64,000 nucleotides of DNA from Spirochaetia bacterium (lineage in GTDB: Bacteria > Spirochaetota > Spirochaetia > WTKD01): assembly GCA_965243525.1 (NCBI GenBank), contig OZ251568.1, forward strand, positions 466,119 through 530,118, given 5' to 3'. Below are positions 57,105 through 64,000 of this stretch, piece by piece (within the stretch, counting starts at the first letter, position 1; every line of letters begins with the position of its first letter). The translations under genes and the position numbers were made by a program. Under the pieces are notes generated by a model. That model saw only the letters and a list, made by a program, of their open reading frames with translations, had not been told where the DNA came from and made no database searches.

Positions 57105-57997
57105 CGGTCTTCTCCTCGTTCCGGTATTCTAATCCAAAGTTTTGCAATCCCTAACACACACATTCCAACAATAACCACCATCCCTATATAGGGAAAAATG
57201 GAAGCAATCACTATAGCAGTCATAATAGCATTAATTCGTCGTTCTGACAATCTTCGATACATCAAATAAGAAACTCCCAATCCCATTCCCTGCAAAAAAT
57301 AAAGGATAAACAATATCCCTACTATATTTGCAGCAACGACAAAGAGCGTCGTTTGTTCAATGACCATCAACCCATCAAGTACTAGTATGAGAAAGGCTCC
57401 AATCCCAAGCCAAATACATTGTGGTGGAAGTGATATAACCTCTAGCCTTCTCAACAAAACATGACGTTTTCCCTGTCGTTTGTTATATGAACCGTGGGCT
57501 ACAGCAATACCAAGCCAATTAATCAAAAAAATAGTGCTTCCAAACAGCGATGCAAGCGAAAGAATATAGGTTTGAATAACATCATTCGATACACTAAGTC
57601 GCATGAAATCTTCAAACATAGTTCTGATAAAATCTGCAAAGACTTGACTTTGTGTGCTCAAGACTCCTACAAAAATACCTGCAACAAGCGAAGCCAGTCC
57701 GGTGTATAACAATTTTTGAGTGAGTGTGGCCTGCATAGTATTGTGGATATAGATCACACTCGAGCCAACAACAAGAATCGCAGAGCTAAAAATAGCGTTG
57801 AACAGTATTATCTGCATATCCAAGGATTGGTTAAACACATTCTGAAAAATCAAGTATTGGCCAATGGTCACCACGAAAAGGGCTAAAAAACCCCATTGCA
57901 ATTGGAGACTAAACTGTCTTTTGTTCTTTGACTCGTAGAGCAATAGCTGCAAGGGAAATAGATAGAGAAAAACAGCTATCCGTGAATAAAACAGCAA
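57101..57997 (-). CDS. Polytopic membrane protein, DUF2232/YybS-like.
   Basis: 298 aa with about 8 TM helices. It sits between rpsR and rplI, as yybS does in Firmicutes. Confidence 0.4.
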   Translation of the reverse strand: MLFYSRIAVFLYLFPLQLLLYESKNKRQFSLQLQWGFLALFVVTIGQYLIFQNVFNQSLDMQIILFNAIFSSAILVVGSSVIYIHNTMQATLTQKLLYTGLASLVAGIFVGVLSTQSQVFADFIRTMFEDFMRLSVSNDVIQTYILSLASLFGSTIFLINWLGIAVAHGSYNKRQGKRHVLLRRLEVISLPPQCIWLGIGAFLILVLDGLMVIEQTTLFVVAANIVGILFILYFLQGMGLGVSYLMYRRLSERRINAIMTAIVIASIFPYIGMVVIVGMCVLGIAKLWIRIPERGEDR

Positions 57998-58056
57998 TAT
58001 GCTTGCAAGAATAAGCAGCGGGGTTCTGTACTTGTGTATGAATTCCCGAACAATAA

Positions 58057-58572
58057 CTATTTATCCTTAAACGGAAGCAGCGCAAGCACCCGAGCTCGTT
58101 TTATCTCTCGTACGACTTTTCTTTGCATTTTTGCAGGAATGCCAGTTATACGTCGCGGCAATATCTTTCCTTGCTCGGTAGTAAAGTTCTTCAAGATATC
58201 TGGTTTTTTATAATCGATTTTTAAAGATCGAAAATCAATCCGGTCACGGTATCGAGAGCCATAGCGCCCATGCCCACGATAGTCTGATCGTCGAGATCCT
58301 TGCGCATTGCGTGGTCGTGAATCTCGTGATTCAGATCGCGGTTCTCGCGGCCCTCGTGATTCAGTCCTCTGTTCTCGCGATTCGGGTCGTGATTCAGATC
58401 GTGGTTCTCGTGATTCAGGACGTGACTCAGTCCTCTGTTCTCGTGACTCAGGTCGTGACTCTCGTGACTCGGGACGTGATTCAGTCCTCTGTCCTCGCGA
58501 TTCAGGTCGTGCCACATCTTTCTTTTCTTCTGTTGTAGGTGTAGTTATATCTTTTTGATTTTCTTCTGCCAT
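58057..58572 (-). CDS. rpsR: 30S ribosomal protein S18 with an Arg/Glu/Ser-rich repeat N-terminal extension of about 100 aa.
   Basis: C-terminal core [50 protein letters not shown]-terminal [10 protein letters not shown](S/P)R(P/S)ESREQ repeats. Confidence 0.75.
   Translation of the reverse strand: MAEENQKDITTPTTEEKKDVARPESRGQRTESRPESRESRPESREQRTESRPESREPRSESRPESREQRTESRGPREPRSESRDSRPRNAQGSRRSDYRGHGRYGSRYRDRIDFRSLKIDYKKPDILKNFTTEQGKILPRRITGIPAKMQRKVVREIKRARVLALLPFKDK
58300..58500. repeat. Tandem repeat with a period of about 54 bp (about 3 copies) encoding the ESRPESRE repeats of the rpsR N-terminal extension.
   Basis: The units gattcag[at]cctctgt[tc]ctcg[ct]ga[ct]tc[ag]ggtcgtga... recur. 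Confidence 0.55.
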
Positions 58573-58587
58573 ACTGTATCCTATATT

Positions 58588-59016
58588 TTAAAATGGAATA
58601 TCATCGTTAAACGATGCATCGGTTTCCGTTGTTGCATTGGAAGAAGCAGAGGTGTATTCAGGAGCAGAATCAAAATCTGCATCCCCTCCACGATTGCCGC
58701 CCAATAATTGCACTTGGTCAGCAACAACGTGCACCTTGCTTCGCGTTTCACCTTCTCGTTCCCAACGATCCTGTCGTAGAGTTCCTTGAAGTGTAACCGT
58801 TTTTCCCTTCAACAAGCTTTTCTGCAATACTTCCCCATATCGACCAAACATTGTTACGTCAAAAAAGCTCACCTCATCTGTCCACTCATCTCCGCTTTTT
58901 TTACGTCTATTAACCGCAATTGAAAACGTACATATCGCCAAGCCGCTGCCGGTATATCGTATTTCAGCGTTTCTTACGAGGCGACCTCCTAAAACAACTG
59001 TGTTTATGTCAGCCAT
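58588..59016 (-). CDS. ssb: Single-stranded DNA-binding protein.
   Basis: OB-fold N-terminus MADINTVVLGGRLVRNAEIRYTGSGLAICTFSIAVNRR, a Gly-rich linker, and the acidic tip DDIPF. Confidence 0.85.
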   Translation of the reverse strand: MADINTVVLGGRLVRNAEIRYTGSGLAICTFSIAVNRRKKSGDEWTDEVSFFDVTMFGRYGEVLQKSLLKGKTVTLQGTLRQDRWEREGETRSKVHVVADQVQLLGGNRGGDADFDSAPEYTSASSNATTETDASFNDDIPF

Positions 59017-59309
59017 GGTTCTTCATTTTTTATTACCATCATGCGGAGCAATTTCGTATAATGTTTCAATTTACTACGAACTTTATGTGCATTCTCTGCT
59101 GCAGCAACGCTTCGATAGAGAAAGTAATTCCCTTGTTTTTCTTTGTTGATAGGATACGCAAGACTACGTAGTCCCATATGTTCTTCGCCAATAATCTTTA
59201 TATCCAACTCTTTTAGGGTATCACGTACCTCATCACGTCCTGTTTGAAATTTGTTCGAGTCGGCATAAAACAAACAGATTATTTCATATTGTGCATCTTT
59301 TCCATTCAT
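59004..59309 (-). CDS. rpsF: 30S ribosomal protein S6.
   Basis: YEIICLFYADSN...LKELDIKIIGEEHMGLRSLAYPINKEKQGNYFLYRS. 101 aa, upstream of ssb-rpsR. Confidence 0.75.
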   Translation of the reverse strand: MNGKDAQYEIICLFYADSNKFQTGRDEVRDTLKELDIKIIGEEHMGLRSLAYPINKEKQGNYFLYRSVAAAENAHKVRSKLKHYTKLLRMMVIKNEEPWLT

Positions 59310-59335
59310 AAAAATTAATATATCCTATTAGGTAG

Positions 59336-59362
59336 AGTATACACTGTACGATACTCTGTCAA
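59336..59362 (-). promoter_or_regulatory. Sigma-70-type promoter for rpsF-ssb-rpsR.
   Basis: On the minus strand: TTGACA-15 nt-TATACT. It overlaps the 7-bp inverted repeat agagtat...atactct. Confidence 0.35.
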
Positions 59363-59370
59363 TAGATGTC

Positions 59371-59823
59371 ATGGAGCTACACTTTAAAGACAAGGCCTAC
59401 ATCGTATATAAGAACATCAAGTTATTGCAAAATGCAGTAAAGCTCAATCTTATTCAAGATGCAGCCATACGCAAAAAAATTAACTATGACCTTTCATTCA
59501 TCAATGTTGTCATAACCAATTTACATACATTTATTGCCAACAATGCATTATTTGTAGAACGAAATACCTATGCCCTATTGCTACACCATGTTGTTGTTAG
59601 TTTCATTTCACTGCTGCAGTATTTTCTTGATTCTTTTGCCCGTGATACTGCGAAAGAACCCGAGGTATTAAAACTAAAAATTACCGCTATACTCAAACAG
59701 CAGTCAAAATTTCAAGATTATCTCGAAAACATTCAAACAGAACATTCCCAGGATGAAAAAGTACAATTTGGAGCAAGTGAACCAGAACTTCAAATGCTCA
59801 TCCAAGATTTTTCTATAGATTGA
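59371..59823 (+). CDS. Hypothetical protein (150 aa).
   Basis: ORF only; no motif recognised. Lies upstream of pyk. Confidence 0.3.
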   Translation: MELHFKDKAYIVYKNIKLLQNAVKLNLIQDAAIRKKINYDLSFINVVITNLHTFIANNALFVERNTYALLLHHVVVSFISLLQYFLDSFARDTAKEPEVLKLKITAILKQQSKFQDYLENIQTEHSQDEKVQFGASEPELQMLIQDFSID

Positions 59824-59916
59824 TATCTTTCCCATTATTTTACAAAATGTGTATAATCAGAGAGTTAACTATTAATTTGTAGGTGTATATCAACAAGTTC
59901 ATGGGTAAAGGAGTCT

Positions 59917-61698
59917 ATGAAAAAGAGAAAAACAAAAATTGTATGTACTATCGGCCCAGCATGTGAAGAGCCGGCAGTTATAAAACGATTGCTTGAAGCA
60001 GGCATGAACGTAGCCCGATTTAATTTCAGTCACGGCACGCATGCGGAACAAAAAAACAGAATTGAAACTGTCCTTTCAGCCAGCAAAGAAACGGGCATCC
60101 CTGTCGCAACCCTTCTTGATACAAAGGGCCCACAGCTGCGAACAGGTGCAACCTTGAACAATGAAAAAATCATATTAAAAGAAGGGAATACGTTCACCCT
60201 GACCACCGACAACAGTCCAGGAACAAATGATTTTGTGTCTATTAACCACGGACTCTTGCCACAAGAGGTGTCAAAGGGGATAAAAATACTGATCGCCGAC
60301 GGACTTCTCGAACTTGAAGTGCTTGAGACTTCCAAGAAAACGATTACATGTCAAGTTTTGACTGGCGGCTCCTTTGGATCTAACAAGAATGTAAATGTCT
60401 TGGGAGCAAAAATATCTCTGCCACCGGTTACAGAGGATGATAAAAAAGATATCGCCTTCGGTGCATCGATGAACATGGATTTTATAGCCGCTTCGTTTAT
60501 CCAAACTGCAGATGATGTTCGCATGGTTCGACATGAATTGGAAAAAAACAATTCCCACATGGGAATTATCGCAAAGATCGAAACCCATGAGGCTCTTGAA
60601 AACATCCATTCTATTGTGTTGACATCGAAGGGTATCATGGTGGCGCGAGGAGACCTTGGTGTGCAGTTAAAAACCGAAGAAGTCCCGCTCGCACAAAAAA
60701 ACATCATTCGGGTCTGCAATCAATACGGAAGTGCAGTCATCACGGCAACACAGATGCTTGAATCCATGATTACCAATCCTCGCCCAACTCGTGCTGAGGC
60801 GACTGATGTCGCAAATGCCATCTTTGATGGGACCGATGCAATTATGCTTTCTGCAGAGACAGCCAGTGGAAAATATCCCGTTGAAGCGGTGCAGACGATG
60901 CATAAGATTGCCCTTAATGTCGAGCATTCCCGCGAATACAAAGAACAAAGCAAGCGTTATTTTCTGCTCCACAAGGACGTGAACAATGTTGGTTCAGCGG
61001 TCGCAAAATCAACATGCATGTTGGCATCAGATACCAATTCAAGTGTTATCATTTCTCCAAGCCTTCGTGGAAATAGTCCTCGCATGCTTTCTCAATTTCG
61101 CCCACCGCAGGTAATCGTCGCTACGACCACGAACGAATCTATCTATCGCCATCTCCTGATCTATTGGGGAGTCTATCCCTATCTTCTTTCAACCAAAACA
61201 GCAGATATTGAACATATTATTGACGAATCAATCGATATATCGATACGAAACAACCTTGTAACCAGACACGATTTTGTAACCATAACTGCAGGGCTCCCCC
61301 TCGGCAGCCCCACCATGCTCAACACGACACAAGTACGCTTTGTAGGAACAATCTTGCAACGGGGATCGCAGGGATATGGAAGTAGAACTGAAGGAACTGT
61401 CTACACGGTTCGCGATATCGCTGAAGCACGCCAATACATCAAGGATAAGAAAAACATCATTCTTGTTTGCAAGACATTCGATCCAGAAGATTTTTCACTA
61501 TTACGTCATGCGCGGGGCATTATCTGCTCCTCCTATCTTCGTAGTATGGATGATTTGGTTTATAAAAACCCTCACATTGTCGTTATTGCTGATATTCACA
61601 GCAAATCGATAAACCTAAAGGATGGACAATATGTTGGATTATCAGGAACAGAAAAAATTGTATACGAGACAACCTCTAAAGACAATGAATTATTCTAA
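59917..61698 (+). CDS. pyk: Pyruvate kinase with an extra C-terminal (PEP-utilizer-like) domain.
   Basis: KTKIVCTIGPACEEP...MNVARFNFSHGTHAEQ...IAKIETHEALEN...MVARGDLGV. 593 aa versus about 470 for the minimal enzyme. RBS AAAGGAG. Confidence 0.9.
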   Translation: MKKRKTKIVCTIGPACEEPAVIKRLLEAGMNVARFNFSHGTHAEQKNRIETVLSASKETGIPVATLLDTKGPQLRTGATLNNEKIILKEGNTFTLTTDNSPGTNDFVSINHGLLPQEVSKGIKILIADGLLELEVLETSKKTITCQVLTGGSFGSNKNVNVLGAKISLPPVTEDDKKDIAFGASMNMDFIAASFIQTADDVRMVRHELEKNNSHMGIIAKIETHEALENIHSIVLTSKGIMVARGDLGVQLKTEEVPLAQKNIIRVCNQYGSAVITATQMLESMITNPRPTRAEATDVANAIFDGTDAIMLSAETASGKYPVEAVQTMHKIALNVEHSREYKEQSKRYFLLHKDVNNVGSAVAKSTCMLASDTNSSVIISPSLRGNSPRMLSQFRPPQVIVATTTNESIYRHLLIYWGVYPYLLSTKTADIEHIIDESIDISIRNNLVTRHDFVTITAGLPLGSPTMLNTTQVRFVGTILQRGSQGYGSRTEGTVYTVRDIAEARQYIKDKKNIILVCKTFDPEDFSLLRHARGIICSSYLRSMDDLVYKNPHIVVIADIHSKSINLKDGQYVGLSGTEKIVYETTSKDNELF

Positions 61699-63184
61699 CG
61701 AATTACAGCTACTTTTTTCTATCAGTCAAATGCTTGATCGCAATCCCGATATAAGCACGGTTATTCTTCCAATTTTGCAAACTATCTGTGAGTATTTCAA
61801 AAGCCCTCGGGGCATGATTGCAATCCTTAACAAGGCGAAGAACGAAATTCAAATTGAAGAAGCCTATGGATTGACAGACGCCGAAAAGGAACGAGCAAGA
61901 TATCATCTAGGAGAAGGAATCATAGGAAAGGTAATCTCCACTGGAATTCCTCGCTTGATTCCATCCATCTCAGAGGATCCTGATTTCTTAAACAGAACAG
62001 ATTCTCGCACAATTGATTCCGAAGAATTGGCATTTCTCTGTGTTCCCATAAAAATCGAGGGAGATTCAATCGGTGCAGTCGCCATTGATGAATATGCGCA
62101 AAACACAGAGATTCTTGAAGTGCACCTTCGCCAACTGGCGGTCGTATCCTCCTTGATTACACAGGCAATTCGACTGCGCCAGCGCATCACCGAAGATCAC
62201 GAACAACTCTTGCAAGAAAACAAACGCCTTCGCGCTGAAATGCACAATCGTTATCAGATATCACAGATAATTGGAAACGCAGCCTCGATGAATCCGGTAT
62301 TTGAATCGGTCGCCGTTGCGTGCAGGAGCAATGTCCCAGTATATCTTATCGGTGAATCAGGGACTGGCAAGGATTATATTGCGCGCATCATTCACTATAA
62401 TAGTGACCGTTCAGAGCATTCATTCATCCATGTGCACACCCATAACATCAGCGAACAGGAACTTGAAAACCGCCTATTTGGTTCTCCTCAAAATGCCGGG
62501 CTATTACAGGATGCAAATCTTGGAACGCTCTATCTTGACGAAATTTCCACTATTCCTGTTGCGTTGCAGGAAAAGCTGCTGAACATTTTTCAGTATGAAT
62601 CCTTCATTGACCCAACAACCCATGAAACAATTCCCATCAACGTTCGAATCATCGCAAGCGATACTATCTCAGATCAAGCAAACAGCAGAAATTTCGTATG
62701 CATGCCACAGCTGCAAACCTATCTTTCTTCTGTGCAGATTCACATTCCACCATTACGAAAAAGAAAAAGCGATATCCCACTTCTTGCAAACCATTTTCTA
62801 ACTCGGCTTTATGAGCAATACTATATCCCCATACGCCGCATCAGCAGCACTGCGATTGATCTCTTGGTAAGTTATCACTGGCCAGGGAACGTGCGAGAAC
62901 TTGCTGATACCCTAGAACTTGCAAGCCTCAACAATACCGAGGGAGTCATCCACCCACATCACCTCCCTCCAACATTGCAAACAGCAGAATCTACAAAAAC
63001 AGGATTCACTGGATCATTGCAGGAACTCGTCAACAATTATGAAACAAGTATCATTCAAGATGCCTTGAAGGTATCCCGGGGATCAATCAGATTGACTGCA
63101 AAATTGTTAAAAGTAAGCGATCGCATCCTTCGATTACGTATCTCAAAGCATCGCATCAATATCAAACAGTTTAAGCTTCATTAA
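61685..63184 (+). CDS. bEBP-like transcriptional regulator (GAF-AAA+-HTH) with a degenerate GAFTGA loop.
   Basis: GAF-like N-terminal domain, Walker A GESGTGKDYIARIIHYNS, Walker B/R-finger LGTLYLDEIS...GNVRELADTL, and C-terminal HTH LLKVSDRILRLRI. Between Walker A and B the sequence is LFGSPQNAGLLQDA rather than GAFTGA. The start was set at the ATG at 61685; the ORF track gives 61622, which overlaps pyk. Confidence 0.7.
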   Translation: MNYSNELQLLFSISQMLDRNPDISTVILPILQTICEYFKSPRGMIAILNKAKNEIQIEEAYGLTDAEKERARYHLGEGIIGKVISTGIPRLIPSISEDPDFLNRTDSRTIDSEELAFLCVPIKIEGDSIGAVAIDEYAQNTEILEVHLRQLAVVSSLITQAIRLRQRITEDHEQLLQENKRLRAEMHNRYQISQIIGNAASMNPVFESVAVACRSNVPVYLIGESGTGKDYIARIIHYNSDRSEHSFIHVHTHNISEQELENRLFGSPQNAGLLQDANLGTLYLDEISTIPVALQEKLLNIFQYESFIDPTTHETIPINVRIIASDTISDQANSRNFVCMPQLQTYLSSVQIHIPPLRKRKSDIPLLANHFLTRLYEQYYIPIRRISSTAIDLLVSYHWPGNVRELADTLELASLNNTEGVIHPHHLPPTLQTAESTKTGFTGSLQELVNNYETSIIQDALKVSRGSIRLTAKLLKVSDRILRLRISKHRINIKQFKLH

Positions 63185-63222
63185 TTTTGAGCATCGCTGT
63201 CTTAAACTACTAACAACTTGAA

Positions 63223-64000
63223 CTAACGCTGTGGTGCAAACTGCAAGGATTGCAGTTGAGGAGTGAGCGCAGCATAGAGTCGTGAGATTTGTTCCTCTAG
63301 ATGTTTTTCAGGAAAACTCGTTGCATTGCGGTGGTGCTCTTGCGCTAAAGTATTTTGATTTGTGACCAATCCGTATACATCACCACCCAGATAGGCTAGT
63401 TTCGCAAGACCCAACAATGCGGTCTCTGAAAAAGCTGACTGCTTGAGCTCTCTATTAATAAGCAAGGCATCCAGGGGCGCAACTTGCCCATAATATGATT
63501 GTTCTCCAGAAATATGCACCTTTCTCAGCGACAATGCAGTTCTTTCCTCCAAAATATCAAGTCTATACCGGAAGACAAGACGTTCTGCACAGTGTTTCAA
63601 AATGCGATACTCCATGGCATTGGAATCATTTTTGCATTGCTCTTTGTAGATCACTTCTATCGTTTCAAAAAGATAAGCGGATAATTCTCGATAATCAGTC
63701 TGTTTGATTTCTTTTTGCATCGCAATCACAAATCCATCAACAGATTTCGGAAGGAAAATTGCAGCGGTGAATATTCCTTTCCCAATATAGGGTAGTATCG
63801 TAAATCCTGTGAGATTCTTGCTCTGGGTCCCATCGAGAATACAGTTGCACACAGCGCGTGTTCCGGTACGGATAATTACGTCTCCTATGATATATTGACC
63901 ACTACCAAGGATATCCATCAAATAATCAGTGCCGCCACAAAATATCGGTATCTCAGCAGGAAGATGGGTTCTTGCCGCCATATCAGGGTGCACTTGTCCA
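63223..64000 (-). CDS. Hypothetical protein. The frame is open to the window edge, so it may be 5'-truncated.
   Basis: 256+ aa ORF with no recognised motif. Confidence 0.3.
   Translation of the reverse strand, partial: GQVHPDMAARTHLPAEIPIFCGGTDYLMDILGSGQYIIGDVIIRTGTRAVCNCILDGTQSKNLTGFTILPYIGKGIFTAAIFLPKSVDGFVIAMQKEIKQTDYRELSAYLFETIEVIYKEQCKNDSNAMEYRILKHCAERLVFRYRLDILEERTALSLRKVHISGEQSYYGQVAPLDALLINRELKQSAFSETALLGLAKLAYLGGDVYGLVTNQNTLAQEHHRNATSFPEKHLEEQISRLYAALTPQLQSLQFAPQR

Noticed and set aside
58307-58558. Plus-strand ORFs (83 and 75 aa) antisense to the rpsR repeat extension.
   Set aside because: Repeat-generated open frames opposite a strongly supported S18 gene.
59840-59860. TATAAT hexamer (tgtgtataat) upstream of pyk.
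   Set aside because: No acceptable -35 at 16-18 nt spacing was found. It is left uncalled.
61622-61684. ORF-track start of the bEBP-like regulator at 61622, overlapping pyk by 77 nt.
   Set aside because: The in-frame ATG at 61685 reduces the overlap to 14 nt. The choice is not certain.
1-64000. Looked for integrases, transposases, restriction-modification, toxin-antitoxin, Cas, or other defence-island hallmarks.
   Set aside because: None of the ORFs show the corresponding catalytic motifs (DDE, tyrosine recombinase RHRY, PD-(D/E)xK, HEPN and so on) on inspection. The mobile-element interpretation rests only on the 60-bp direct repeats.

Overview
The window reads as spirochete (Treponema-like) chromosomal DNA, based on FlaB-type flagellins, FlaG/FliD, a flgN-flgK-flgL-fliW-csrA operon, FliA and rod genes. 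It is densely coding, with about 60 genes, mostly core functions.

Core content, in order:
- PtsI N-terminal fragment at the left edge.
- GerM-domain lipoprotein, then the ymdB-rny pair.
- infC-rpmI-rplT-zapB-like-zapA.
- flaB1-flaB2-flaG-fliD, then tsaE-tsaB.
- csrA-fliW-flgL-flgK-flgN on the minus strand.
- A secreted GH3 NagZ-like enzyme, then nnr.
- leuA-cimA, carA-carB, tRNA-Glu/tRNA-Gln, apt, tsaD, a YibQ-type deacetylase and fliA.
- flgJ(rod-binding)-flgG-flgF, maf, and rpsB-tsf-frr-uppS-cdsA-rseP.
- dnaB, rplI, a DUF2232-like membrane protein, rpsR-ssb-rpsF, pyk, and a sigma-54-activator-like regulator.

Less ordinary content, in order of interest:
1. An adjacent cysteate-synthase-like (ThrC-fold PLP) gene and a serine-palmitoyltransferase-like alpha-oxoamine synthase. 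Together they look like a capnine/sulfonolipid-type head-group pathway, which would be unexpected in a spirochete.
2. A co-directional 8-gene minus-strand array (7898-14728). It encodes two paralogous secreted FlaA-like (flagellar sheath family) proteins, a lipoprotein, polytopic membrane proteins, an orphan histidine kinase with a cNMP-binding sensor, and a two-domain VOC protein.
3. A 60-bp near-perfect direct repeat (379-438 and 1967-2026) bracketing about 1.5 kb of decayed, low-coding DNA next to the GerM gene.
4. Ribosomal proteins L9, S18 and S2, and a ZapB-like protein, carrying long repetitive charged extensions encoded by tandem DNA repeats.
5. Near-consensus sigma-28 promoters in front of flaB1, the flgN operon and flgF, and an AT-rich inverted-repeat-rich island upstream of fliA.
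6. A bEBP-like regulator whose GAFTGA sigma-54-contact loop appears deleted.

No CRISPR array, integrase, transposase or recognisable defence genes were seen. All functional calls rest on remembered family motifs and should be confirmed by HMM or BLAST searches.
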